Origin: Macrostomum lignano
Lineage: Eukaryota
Reading direction: 5' to 3'
Assembly (NCBI GenBank): GCA_002269645.1
Contig: NIVC01002156.1
Span: 1-64,000, forward strand
Length of the DNA stretch: 64,000 bases
The notes under the pieces are model-generated. The model saw nothing but the letters and a program-made list of their open reading frames with translations. It searched no databases and was not told the origin of the DNA. Of this stretch, positions 47,346 through 61,100 are shown piece by piece. Every line of letters begins with the position of its first letter. The first letter of the stretch is position 1. The translations under genes were made by a program, and so were the position numbers.

Positions 47346-48380
47346 TTGTGGCGCCAGAATATAGGTGTGTGTCATGTGTCATTGTGGCGCCAGAATATAG
47401 GTGTGTGTCATGTGTCATTGTGGCGCCAGAATAAAAGTGTGTGTCATGTGTCATTGTGGCGCCAGAATATAGGTGTGTGTCATGTTTCATTGTGGCGCCA
47501 GAATATAGGTGTGTGTCATGTGTCATTGTGGCGCCAGAATATAGGTGTGTGTCATGTGTCATTGTGGCGCCAGAATATAGGTGTGTGTGTCATGTGTCAT
47601 TGTGGCGCCAGAATATAGGTGTGTGTGTCATGTGTCATTGTGGCGCCAGAATATAGGTGTGTGTCGTGTCATTGTGGCGCCAGAATATAGGTGTGTATCA
47701 TGTGTCATTGTGGCGCCAGAATAAAGGTGTGTGTCAAGTTTTCATTGTGGCGCCGGAATATAGGTGTGTGTCATGTTTCATTGTGGCGCCAGAATAAAGG
47801 TGTGTGTCAAGTTTTCATTGTGGCGCCGGAATATAGGTGTGTGTCATGTTTCATTGTGGCGCCAGAATACAGGTGTGTATTATGTGTCATTGTGGCGCCA
47901 GAATATAGGTGTGTGTCATGTTTCATTGTGGCGCCAGAATATAGGTGTGTCATGTTTCATTGTGGCGCCAGAATAAAAGTGTGTGTCATGTGTCATTGTG
48001 GCGCCGGAATATAGGTGTGTGTCATGTTTCATTGTGGCGCCGGAATATAGGTGTGTGTCATGTTTCATTGTGGCGCCGGAATGTAGGTTTGTGTCATGTT
48101 TCATTTGCGCGCCGAAATATAGGTGTGTGTCATGTTTCATTTGCGCGCCGAAATATAGGTGTGTGTCATGTTTCATTGTGGCGCCGGAATATAGGTGTGT
48201 GTCATGTTTCATTGTGGCGCCGGAATATAGGTGTGTGTCATGTTTCATTGTGGCGCCAGAATATAGGTGTGTCATGTTTCATTGTGGCGCCGGAATATAG
48301 GTGTGAGTCATTTTGGCGCCACATAATATTGGTTTGAGTCATTGTGACGCCACATAATATAGGTGTGAGTCATTTTGGCG
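47346..48380. repeat. 36-bp minisatellite
   Basis: Unit cattgtggcgccagaatataggtgtgtgtcatgtgt. Confidence 0.97.
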
Positions 48381-49004
48381 CCAGAATACTCATGCAGATG
48401 TGTCATTATAGAGCTAAAGCATCACAGATATCTTATTTTGTGCATAAATATATGGAGTGTACGATTCGGCAGTATATCACCGACTTTCAGTCTTAACCCA
48501 CGATCGCTGAGGTTTAAACCTGTATGGATCAATATCAGTTTTAGAAAAGACCGATTGCGAGGATTAACCCGAGGTGGATAAATGTTCTATCAAGTAGAAG
48601 AATAGGCGAAAATAAAAAAGTAGTTATTAAACAAACCTTCAAGGCGGGATTGCTATGCTGCAAAGCTCTTTAGAAAAAAAAAGGAAACACAAATATACTA
48701 CGTGAGGATAGAGGCGTTGAGAAAGAGGATATAGATTGGACGAGATGGCTAGATAATGACCGTTAACGATTGAGGATGCCAGGGCTGCATGCTTGGGACT
48801 GATCGACTGAAACCCGCCTCATACGGCTTAGAGCACAGGAGCACGTTCTAAGATGGCAATGAAGCTTTGCTTGAGAGTCTAGTATATCCCATTCTCACGG
48901 GAAACTGTATTTTCCTTCTATACGAGTAGAAGCTTTTTGGAATTTGCAGTTTTGGAACTCGTGACTGAGTATTTTGCTTGCTTAAACGACTAAATAACCG
49001 CCAT

Positions 49005-49553
49005 CAATCCACTCTGAGAATCGCCGTCAATCCACATTAGAATCGCTGTCAATTCATCCTGAGAATCGCCGACAATCCACCCTGAGAATCGCCCTCAATT
49101 CACCCTGAGAATCGCCGACAATCCACCCTGAGAATCGCCCTCAATTCACCCTGAGAATCGCCCTCAATCCACCCTGAGAATCGCCCTCAATCCACCCTGA
49201 GAATCGCCCTCAATCCACCCTGAGAATCGCCATCAATCCACCCTGAGAATCGCCATCAATCCACCCTGAGAATCGCCATCAATTCACCCTGAGAATCGCC
49301 ATCAATCCAGCCTGAGAATCGCTCTCAATTCACCCTGAGAATCGCCCTCAATTCACCCTGAGAATCGCCCTCAATCCACCCTGAGAATCGCCCTCAATTC
49401 ACCCTGAGAATCGCCATCAATCCACCCTGAGAATCGCCCTCAATTCACCCTGAGAATCGCCCTCAATTCACCCTGAGAATCGCCCTCAATTCACCCTGAG
49501 AATCGCCATCAATTCACCCTGAGAATCGCCCTCAATCCACCATGAGAATCGCC
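49005..49553. repeat. 23-bp minisatellite
   Basis: Unit gagaatcgccctcaatccaccct. Confidence 0.97.
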
Positions 49554-50364
49554 TATAGCTAACAAGAGAATCGTTCCTTTACTATCATAAAAAACGCCCA
49601 ATAGCCTTTTTCAGAATGGCTCAGCTTTATCCTTGCCAAGCCTCTTGTCATTTCTTGGCCGGATTTGAGAACCTGTGCTACTTGTATTTTTCCCTGTTTT
49701 TAAAAAAATCATAAGATTTTTAAAAGCTCCGACTAGACTGAAAGCTTTGACTAATTTGAATATTATTCTTACCTGTAATTCCCACTTTATTTCTTTTGGC
49801 CGTTGGATCAAAGCAAGTTCCCAGATTAATTAACCGCTATAGTGTATTACTTACTATAGACGGGAGTAGCACAGATTAAACCCTATTCTGCCCAACTTTT
49901 TCCACCGGTCCATTTTCCAATTCCGTCGCTAAGCCTGAGCTGTCGCTCTCTATATAGCTAGTTCCCAATCGCTCTTTCAATTTCCTGTCTTGTTTGCACT
50001 GCGGGGGCGGTCCAGCCTAGCTGGGTATGAGAGCTAAAAAGCCTGACTTTCTTGCTTTATGGTCTTTCCCTATAGCTTCTGGCTCGATGTGTGAGAACCA
50101 CCATTTGGATTGTTTGACAGGAGAAAATGGGCTCTCTTTCTCTCTCTGCGAATAGAACTATCAGGGACAGAGAGTTCATGAGACCATTAGGCAAGTTCTT
50201 GAGAGGTCGCGATCGCGTTGGCGATTTTCTATAGGTTAAAAACCGGCTAAGTCAGAAGTGCTATAAGTTTGCTAAAAACCTTACCTGAATTATTGAATAT
50301 TATTTTATATCTTTACTCAAGTATGGTTCTGAGACAGCAGTAGTAATAAACTAAATTCTTCTCC

Positions 50365-50800
50365 TTAAAGTACACACACGCCCTAGACAAAACTCCTTCC
50401 CCTGAATGTATACACTCGTAGACAAAACTCCTTCCTCCAGGCGTACACACCCCTAGACAAAACTCCTTCCCCGAATGTACACACCCCTAGACAAAACTCT
50501 TTCCCCGAATGTACACACCCCTAGACAAAACTCCTTTCCCGAATGTACACACCCTTAGAAAAAAGCTCTTTTCCCCGTATGTACACACCCCTAGACAAAA
50601 ATCTTTCCCCCAAATTTACACACCCCTAGACAAAACTACTTCCCCGAATGTACACACCCCTAGACAAAAGCTCTTTTCCTCGTATGTACACACCCCTAGA
50701 CAAAACTCTTTCCCCCAAATGTACACACCCCTAGACAAAAGTCCTTTCTCCAGGTATACACACACTATGTGCAAAACTCCTTCTCCAAATATACACACGC
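50365..50800. repeat. ~34-bp diverged minisatellite
   Basis: Unit aatgtacacacccctagacaaaactctttccccg. Confidence 0.93.
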
Positions 50801-51714
50801 TATCTAAATGAAATTTTATCTAGAATAAATTAGGTCACGGAAGCGTTTTTGATCGAGCAATTTCTTTTGCCAACACTATCAGGTATAAAGGTTTCAGTTG
50901 CTTTAATTTAAAAGGGGTAGATTTTATTGATTAGAACAATTTGTTTCTTCTTGCGCGTATTCTACGCTCGTAGCTTTGAAAACGTTTGGAGATTTCATCT
51001 CCTTCCTAACTCATCTTTAATCCCCTTGAAATAGGAGTCAAAGCGAAATCTCGGAATGGTTTATCGCTGTCTCAAATTTTTGGCCAAACGATTTTTTCGT
51101 GAAACACGATGCATCTGAAATCTTGATTGTAGCCGGAGATTTTTCTCTTTTCTCTCTTTCAAAATTGGTGATTTGATCTAAAAGATTAGATCTTTATACA
51201 TGTTTTCTTTATTTTTCGGCAAATTTATTCTAGCTATATTACTGTCTGCCTACTTATAAGTAGGCAAAGCGGAATGTCAAATGATTGATTTTATTTAATT
51301 TAGTTTTTGCACAAAAATTTTTGATTGTTTCTTTAGCTTTTCGTTTCGAACACCTCTTTGGTTGCATCGGTATTATCTGCATTAGAATGCTAGTTCAGAG
51401 CATGCTGAGCGCGAACATTAAGTAGTCAGTTCCCTTAGCTTAAGTAGTCAGTTTCAATAGTAGAGCTTTACACTGGCTCTCATCCGATATTATAATTTAT
51501 TCATCAGGTAGGAAGGGTTTGTTCCTGACAACCGTGATGGCCAGTCACACAAAAGCTAGTTGTTATAAGAAAAATGAGAAAAAATACTATTTGATGATTT
51601 TTCTCTGTTGATAAACTGACTGCGTTTGACGTGGAATAGACAATAGCCTCTGTTTATATAAATAGTACTTTTATTGGCTTATTCTTAGTAGTGCCATCTA
51701 CTGAGGCACCTGTG

Positions 51715-53095
51715 CCGCCTACATGTGCATCCATTAGGAACCCCCTGTCACCTACATGTGCATCCATTAGGAGCCCCCTGTCACCTACATGTACATCCAT
51801 TAGGAACCCCCTGTCACCTACATCTGCATCCATTAGGAACCCCCTGTCACCTACATGTGCATCCATTAGGAGCCCCTGTCACCTACATCTGCATCCATTA
51901 GGAATCCCCTGTCACCTACATGTGCATCCATTAGGAACCCCCTGTCACCTACATCTGCATCCATTAGGAACCCCCTGTCACCTACATGTACATCCATTAG
52001 GAGCCCCCTGTCACCTACATGTGCATCCATTAGGAACCCCCTGTCACCTACATGTGCATCCATTAGGAGCCCCTGTCACCTACATGTGCATCCATTAGGA
52101 GCCCCTGTCACCTACATGTGCATCCATTAGGAGCCCCCTGTCACTTACATTTACATCCATTAGGAGCCCCTGTCACCTACATGTGCATCCATTAGGAGCC
52201 CCCTGTCACCTACATGTGCATCCATTAGGAACCCCCTGTCACCTACATGTGCATCCATTAGGAGCCCCCTGTCACTTACATTTACATCCATTAGGAGCCC
52301 CTGTCACCTACATGTGCATCCATTAGGAGCCCCCTGTCACCTACATGTGCATCCATTAGGAGCCCCCTGTCACCTACATGTGCATCCATTAGGAGCCCCC
52401 TGTCACCTACATGGCATCCATTAGGAGCCCCCTGTCACCTACATGTGCATCCATTAGGAGCCCCTGTCACCTACATGTGCATCCATTAGGAGCCCCTGTC
52501 ACCTACATGTGCATCCATTAGGAGCCCCCTGTCACTTACATTTACATCCATTAGGAGCCCCTGTCACTTACATGTGCATCCATTAGGAGCCCCCTGTCAC
52601 CTACATGTGCATCCATTAGGAGCCCCCTGTCACCTACATGTGCATCCATTAGGAGCCCCCTGTCACCTACATGTGCATCCATTAGGAGCCCCCTGTCACC
52701 TACATGTGCATCCATTAGGAGCCCCCTGTCACCTACATGTGCATCCATTAGGAGCCCCCTGTCACCTACATGTGCATCCATTAGGAGCCCTGTCACCTAC
52801 ATGTGCATCCATTAGGAGCCCCCTGTCACCTACATGTGCATCCATTAGGAGCCCCCTGTCACTTACATGTGCATCCATTAGGAGCCCCCTGTCACCTACA
52901 TGCACATCCATTAGGAGCCCCCTGTCACCTACATGTACATCCATTAGGAACCCCTGTCACCTACATGTACATCCATTAAGAAGCCCCTGTAATCTACATG
53001 TACATGCATTAGAAACCCCCTGTCACCTACATGTACATCCATTAGGAACCCCCTGTCACCTACATGTAACTCCATAGGAACCCCCTGTCAGCTAC
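51715..53095. repeat. 32/33-bp minisatellite
   Basis: Unit ccattaggagccccctgtcacctacatgtgcat. Confidence 0.97.
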
Positions 53096-53910
53096 ATGTT
53101 TTATGTCATGTTATGCATTGTCATGTGCCTAAGGTTGACCTGTTTCGATGTCTGAAATTTCTAAACACCAGCGTAAAAACACTTGCTAATTACCACCCTA
53201 TTTCCTCCTGTCCCGTGCTATTACCCTTGAACTTTGATTGGCCTTCATACCCAACCGTAACTTGCCGCAAAAAACGCTGCTAGTTTGTAACCAAAGCTAT
53301 CATTCGGTCTTTCCTTACTTTACTTGTCTTCTTTTTAACCCTCCTGCCCTCCTTCCCCGGCCTCTGTTACTGGCTGCTTGCGCCTCCCCACCTTGCATCC
53401 AAATCCTCTTTCCTTAAGCACTGCCTGTTCAGCCGTGTCTGAAGGGGGAAGAGAGCCGAGAGAGAGAGAGAGACGATGGAGAGGGAGAGAATGAGACAGG
53501 AAGACAGAGCCAGATACGCTTGGGTATTCTCAGTCTCTCTCGATTCTCTCGCCTCAGACTCAGCTCTCCCAACCCCTCCTCCAACCGCGTCCCCTACACT
53601 TGGCCCTAAACAAAGAATATATTACGGCTCCACTAAAGGCGTTTTTTACCTCCGCTAAGTCCGCCCACACATCCGCGCTAAGCAGGCCGTAATAAATAGC
53701 GTTAGCGTTACAGTAATTTAATCAGACCAACATCGACATTGAAGAGTCAGAACAACAGACACCAGGAATTTGCCTTGAGAGCTATTATTTATTGTCGTCT
53801 GATTTCACTCAAACTTGACGCCACAATGGACGTCTCTATGAGTTAATAAAATTGGACGTTAACGTTAAAGTTTTGTCCACTTCAATTAGTCCGTCAATCA
53901 AGCGTATACA

Positions 53911-55115
53911 ATGCCGTTCAAAGGCCTGCTGTGTCGCCGGTCTGGCAGCAAAGAAAACAGTAGTAACAGCGGTAGTGGCAATAAAGAATTTCAATCGTTG
54001 CCTTCTATGCCAGCTAGCGGCAGCCGAGGCAGTGTAAGACAGGGTCAGCAGCCGCAGGCTCCGTTGCCTGCCCAGCCTGTGCGCCAGATTCACCGCCCGC
54101 CGCCGCTTCAGCTGCCCAATCCAATACCGATTGTGGTTGAGCATCTTCTAGACGACAATGATGAAGGTAATAACGCGCCTAGTAGCGGTGGTGATGCAGC
54201 TGCTGCCGCATCTGCTAGTTCTACCGTCTGCTATCAGGTAGATGTTGACGCGGAAGCCTCTACCACAGTCTGCGGCAGTCCATTTCGTTTAAGTTTAAAC
54301 GCTCCGTCGGCTAGTCTTAGTGGCGGCAATTTATTAAGCAAGCATCGATCGAACAGCTACGATGCCACAGGAGCCGGTAGCATGCCCAGCAGCGGAGTTT
54401 ACCTCGAGGAAATGTCCACCGCGTCGAATAGTGGTGCGCCGAATTCTCCCGACGAATTGATGCTGGTGAACAGCGCTAGAGGTGGCAGCGGCGGAGGCGG
54501 CTCAACTGCAGGCAGTCCCAGTGGACGAATTGAATCGCCAACTAGATTCTTCATCAATAAATTGGCTCTGCCCAGTTTCAATAGGAAACGCGGTCGTTCG
54601 CTTGAGATACCGAGACTGTGCGTTCACTGTGCAATTCTTGAAGAGCTGGCGGCCACTGCTGCTGCTAATGCTACGGAGCGCCCTTCCGAGCTAGATGCTG
54701 ACGCTCAGTGCGCCACTAGTTGTGAGGAAGACTCGGACGACGACACTTCGTCCGTATTATCCTCGTCATCTTCGGATTCGGCCAGCAATGCTAATCGACA
54801 TCCTCCAGCAGCCATTGTTAGCAATTTTCTTCAAGTACCAAGCGCGCTTCCGCCCGGCTTCCGGTCGAGTTCGCTTGACGATCCGCGTTGGAGCGGCAGC
54901 GGCGGAAGTTCTTCCGGCGGCCCGCCCAGTGTTGCTAGCGCAGCCGCTTCGCCGACGTCGCCCGGATCGCGACGACGCCCGATGCTTGGCGAAATTGGAG
55001 CCGGCAAAGCCGTTTGCGGCGACGACGGTGGCAGCAGCGGCGGAAGGATGGTCGGGAAGCAACGACGCGCCCTTTCATTCGATGTGTCCGCTTGGTCCTT
55101 GCGTCGTCGGCTGTC
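53911..55115 (+). CDS. DGKZ: DGK long first coding exon (disordered N-terminus)
   Basis: 401 codons + TC|gtgagt (phase 2); short motifs [17 protein letters not shown] and RSSSLD recall the long N-termini of invertebrate rdgA-type DGKs (from memory, not searched). Confidence 0.7.
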
Positions 55116-58100
55116 GTGAGTTGTATTTGACTGCGATCGCCGTTATCGCAAAGTAACCTTTCGTGTCTTTATGTTCTTGTACGGCTTCACTGTTTTCAAA
55201 GTTGCTGTCTGTCCCAAAGTTGACGCACATGCCTTAGAATGACCAAACGCGTCTTAAGGTGACGTGACCTACAGTGGCTTACGGTGTATCTGAGTGACCG
55301 ACCGTGTCTTTGAGTGAGTGAATGTGTTTTTAGAATGACCGATCGTGTATTCAGAGTGCCTAACGGTATCTAAGAATGATCTTGAATTCGACTCCAACAT
55401 CAAAATTAGAGTCACTATCTTAAAATGGACAAATTTATCTAAGTATACATGGGCCCGTGTCTAATTGCCACTTTTTTCAGAGATGGGTCCTGTAGAACTG
55501 GCTGCAGCCGTAAATTAGCTATGCAGAAAACGCAATCTTGATAATTTGATTGAACACAGCGCCTATACTGTATATCTCATATTGATCGTCTTTCTGGCCC
55601 ACTACTGTCGGCGTTGAACCTTGCAATGTTTTTCTGACAAGCAGTGTAAAATTCTACATGCATGTTGCTAGCCTTCTTTCAGCCGGCTTGACACAATATC
55701 TGAAACAATCAATAACGCACAGCTGATTAGGCAAGAATGCAGGCAGGTACGCATTAGTGCACATTGCGTTGACCTCCGCTGTTGCAACTGCTGGATCCGC
55801 TGGGACAAAACCATGAGGCAAAGAAGACGAGGAAGAAATACAGAAATACAGAAATGGAAGAGGTTAAACTACGAGGCTGCATCTACAATATACGAGCGTA
55901 CATGCAAATAATCGCTCTCCGCTAAATGCGCAAGCCAATGCTAATGACTATGGGAACCGCTTGGGTCGTTTGTTGGGCCGTATATTATATGCTTGCATTA
56001 TGTGCATATAATGCATGTACATTTACATGTACGTTACCAGCGTCAGTGGACATTTTGTCGCCCATCTGGAACTGCGACGACAAAAAATACGCACATTTTT
56101 TCGTTGACTCGGGTTGGGGGGGGGGTAGCTTTAGTTGCTGAAATGCAATTTCGAGTTATGGTTATTACTTGACTTTTCGTTCCCCCGTCGAAGTTTCAGC
56201 CCGGCTATATCTTGTTTCCAATCTCCGCCTCTTTCATCCGCTGCGGCCCAGTCTCTAGACATACTTATGCATGCTAAGCCATCGCGCTTCGCTTCAAAAG
56301 CTATGCACTAAGGGATTTTAGTCAAACAGTCTCCTATGGCATACGTTATCTGCTAGACCATGTAGCACTACTGGTAATCCTCCTATGGCTACAACAAAAA
56401 GCAGCCATAATAGTTGAGATTTAAGACGCATTGATGACAAATCCTAATAATCTTCTAAGTCGGACGGAAAGGTGTATTATATTGCTGGATAATGACACTG
56501 CATTCTAGTTAGGAAAAGTGTGCACGTGGTTCTATATGCATATCGTTATAAACTTATCGGATTTTACAGTTCTCCGACTAGGCCTACTGTTTACCCTGCG
56601 TTTTTAGTTTCTTCACATCACACATGATTCATCTCACACCTTCATCACGCAAGGAGGGAGCTTTAACAACGGCAACAAAGGACATTATTACTTTGAACCC
56701 CAATGTCACGGCTATGCGCACTTCACTGTGCCTTGGGGTTGACTCTCAAGGGCGTTAATTGTACGGCTAGAACCAAACCGAAGTTTCGGAGGGGAGCCGT
56801 AGCCGTAACGATAAAGTGCCCTTGTGCATATTCTTACGTACGCATAATATATATATGTACTTTACACACACACTATTTAAGAGATATGAGTTTAGTTAGA
56901 GGCAGGGGCTGCGTGCACCCTGGCGCACTTTAAGCGACATTGTCGCACAACCCGGCGAGAGGCATTGCTGCCCATTCCGCCGACTCCCCTGAGCAGGCGC
57001 ACAAGCGCGCGGATACGTACGCAGTCATACGCACAGGCACACACTCACACAAGAGTGTACAGCGGCCCTAACTTTATTTATCGCTAGGCATGTACACCAA
57101 TGTGCCTTGGGGGTTGGCTCCTCAAGGCCGTTAATTGCACGAGCAGAGCCAAGCCGAGATTCCAATTTAGCCCCAGATTAATATCACTGCACTTGGAATC
57201 GAGCCTGGGCCGCTAGCATATCCAGAGTCATATAGTTCTTTATGATTGTTTTCCGTCTGAGTAACCCGGTGTTTGGGTCTCATCTATAATGTCTCCTCAT
57301 TTGTTGGGTTACAAAATTTAAGATGTCGTTATCTTTTAGCAAATCAAATATGCTTTTTAGACTTTTTCATTCCCTTGCGGCTTCGAAATGGTTCGCCCAA
57401 GCTCTTAAAAATTGAAACAGTTTTTTTAATGAAAGAGACTTTTTCGTCAAGTTGCACATTAACTCGCCCTGACAGGCAGACAGTGCCACAAACGGAATTA
57501 TTTAATAATAAGGTTTTAGGTTTCTCACTAATATATGTAACTATAAATAATCCGTATCTTTCGTCTGGCTACTTTTGCGGATAGAATGACGCTGCTGTAG
57601 GATCGATTAAGATGATCATTTTTTACGGTTGGTTTAGTTCTGGGAGATGTGGCAGGATTATGTAGAGGCTGTTATACTTTTAGCAAACAGGCTCAACTAA
57701 AGAGTAGAGGGGAATTTATTGATTTTCTAGAAACTTCTTTAACCAAGCATGTTGCGTGCTGTTGTTAGTGACAAGTTTCTGTATAAAGAGTCAAGCATTT
57801 TGCCTGCTTCCACAAGACGAACAGTGAGCAGTTGGAGTTGTAAGGTTAAGCTGAAAAGCTCTCTCTTGAAAGAAAATCAATAGCATGATGACAAACTGCA
57901 TATGCTGACTACCTTTGCGCCTCATTTTGTACTTTCTCGCTTTCTAAGCCCTTCTCACTTGAGCTGAGTGATGTGTGCTTGTGCTTCCTACGTGCTATCA
58001 ATATACTTGCACCGCATGACCTTTCTCCTCTCAGATGTAGTTAGTAGCGGGGGGGGGTTATAATGCGAGCATAGAATCTTTATTAATAATTTTTCCATTT

Positions 58101-61100
58101 TTTCTGTCCAACTTCTCTTCCTCTCCTCTCTCTCTATTTCTTTCTGGTCAATTTTTCTCTTTTTGCTCGGGCATCGTTATTGAGGCATCGGGCTGCAAGC
58201 TGGAACGATTCTTCTTTAATTAATTCATCCTTCTATTCCTCATTTCTCTCTTCCCTCTCCCCTTCCTAGTCATTTCGTGCTCGATCGAACCAATTCCTGA
58301 CGATAACCTCCGGTTATCCGTTTTTTTTTAATTCTATACATACACACTGCACTTTAGACGAAACTATTATGTAGAGTATTCTGCTCATAGAGTAAGATCA
58401 CTTAGGCTCAGATCAATTTAATATATTCATACTTGTACTGGGGGCTATTGATTGCCCCCGATGAATTAAAATTCCTGCGTAGGCCATTGATTAGAGGTCT
58501 GCAGAATGAGTGCTTGTCTAAAAAGTATTCTTTTTTGATGACCCAACATCAGGAAGTCTCCCGGAACATCAGCGACCTCCGCTGCAGCCGCCGCGGACCC
58601 CAATGTCAGCTGCCTGCTGCACCCGAGCCACGCTGAATTCGGCTACCTGCCGGCTAAGGCTTGGAAAAACTCCGTGGATTGGACTGTGAGAGTTGCTATG
58701 ACCCTTGCTATGACCGATCATTGAATGACCTGGATGATGACATACCCTTGCTATGACCGATCATCTAATGACCTGAATGATGACATACCCTTGTTATGAC
58801 CGATCATCTAATGACCTGGATGATGCCATACCCTTGCTTTGACCGATCCTCTAATGACCTGGATGATGACCGACCCTTGTTATGACCGATCATCTAGCTA
58901 TATTTACCTGAATTATGAGCAACGCATATTATGAAATTACCAATGTAATACCAATTGCAGGACTCTGCCGTGAACGGTGAGCACACCTGGATTGACACCG
59001 GAGCTAGCGGCGATTTTTGCTACGTTGGAGAGTCCGACTGTTGCGTGAGTTCAGTGTCACTCAGTCGCTTGATTTTTTTATCGAGTCTTCTATGCACAAT
59101 ATTTCTCATTCCTTTGTAATAATTCGAGAAAGCGTCTTCCTTTTGCAGAAATCTGGCAGTAAAAAGAAGTGCACAGCTTGTAAAATTATCATTCACACTG
59201 GCTGCTTTGCTCAGCTAGAAAAGGTGAGATGCTTTGGGGGCTGGTGTTTGCCGAGATGGTTGAGAGACGGTTGAGAGATGGTTGAGAGAGGGTTGTGAGA
59301 CGGTTGAAAGAGGGTTGTGAGAGGGTTGAAAGAGGGTTGTGAGAGGGTTGTGAAAGGGTTGAGAGAGGGTTGTGAGACGGTTGAAAGAGGGTTGTGAGAG
59401 GGTTGTGAAAGGGTTGAGAGAGGGTTGTGAGACGGTTGAAAAATGTGATGGTTAAGAGAGGATTGTGAGAAGGTTGTGAGACGGTTTAGAGATGGGATGC
59501 TTGAAAGATGGTTGAGAGATGGGATGGTTGAGAGATGGGATGGTTGTGAGACGGTTGAAAGAGGGTTGTGAGAGGGTTGTGAAAGGGTTGAGAGAGGGTT
59601 GTGAGACGGTTGAAAAATGTGATGGTTAAGAGAGGATTGAGAGATGGTTGAGAGATGGTTGTGAGACGGTTGAGAGAGGGTGTTGAGAGACGGCCGGCGT
59701 TTTAGGGCAGAGGCTTATGTGACGGTATAAATAAACATGCTTAGTAAAAAGTTGGTGAAAGAGATCTTCAACAAAGGAAAGCAAAGTTGCAGTTAGACAA
59801 TTGAGAAGGTTGAAACGTAGCAATCAAGGATTTATATTTGGATCAACAGAAGAATAGGATAAATGAGAAAATACTTATATCGATAGCTACTAGCGTAGAT
59901 AAATATAACTTTGATCGACCGACTGCAACTTATAATTGAACCGGATCGATAATTAGCTAGGTATATTGTAAGCATAAAAAACTTTTACAATCGTGATAAT
60001 TTCGTGTTAGCTCAGTTCAGTCATTTTCCAACTTTTTTTTCCTCTTCCTATAAGGAAGTAGCGAAGGAAGGCGCAGTTCGTTTGCATTTGCACAGCACAC
60101 AAAAGGCGTTGCAGCTGCGTCTATGCGAATGGTACTGTCTGTTTGAGCTAGTGTGACAAAGCCCATATACCCGTGATAATAGAGCTAGTTTTTTAGGGGC
60201 GTATGGTGGGGTTGCCAAGCTGTGGAAAGGCAAGACTCTGGACTGTTTGCCATTGATTGCTATGCTAGTGAATTCAGATAGGATTTCAACGGCATGGGGA
60301 TTAGTGTCTTTCGTTGACATTTAATCCCGTTGGGTGTTTCCCTTGAATTTGTCTCATTAGGTTTATCCCTTTGGATTTATCCCCTGGGATTTATCACCTG
60401 GGATTCATCTCCTGCGATTTATCACCTGGGATTCATCTCCTGCGATTTATCCCTTGGGATTTATCCCTTTGGATTTATCCCCTGGGATTTATCCCCTGGG
60501 ATTTATCCCCTGGGATTTATCCCCTGAGATTTATCCCCTGGGATTTATCCCCTGGGATTTATCCCCTGGGATTTATCCCCTGGGATTTATCCCCTGGGAT
60601 TTATCCCCTGGGATTTATCCCCTGGGATTTATCCCCTGAGATTTATCCCCTGGGATTTATCCCCTGGGATTCTTTCTCAGTATTGATCAGTAAAAGCAGC
60701 TATAAACTGAAGAATATTTTTACATTCAATCCGCAGATTGCGTTCCGTTGCAAGCCCACTTTTCGAGAGGCAAATCTAAAAAATTATCGCGATGGACGAC
60801 ACGGAGAGGTGGGAAAGTTTTTCTTGATTTTTCTTTTTTTGCTTGAATCAGCTGATTAATGTTTTCGTGAAATATGTTTTTTTCAACCCACAGCTGTTTA
60901 TTAAACATCATTGGGTGCATCGGAGGCGGCAAGAGGGAAAGTGTAAAGCTTGCGGAAAGGTGAGGATGGGATGCTGTTCGTAACTGTAATAACTGCGCTC
61001 CCATGATGGCGCTTCCTGATATTTTCTCTATCTTGTGGCGCTTTTAAGTTGGCGCCCCTGACTGGCGCCTCTTGATGGCGCCTCTTGATGGCGCTCCTTG

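Noticed and set aside
42308-53077. Numerous repetitive ORFs (YSVLYKARD, FTIPNLHNP, CHVSLWRQ, MDAHVGDRG)
   Set aside because: All are minisatellite translations with no splice or domain support
54399-55156. Overlapping ORFs on the DGK long first exon
   Set aside because: Shadow frames; no independent starts or domains
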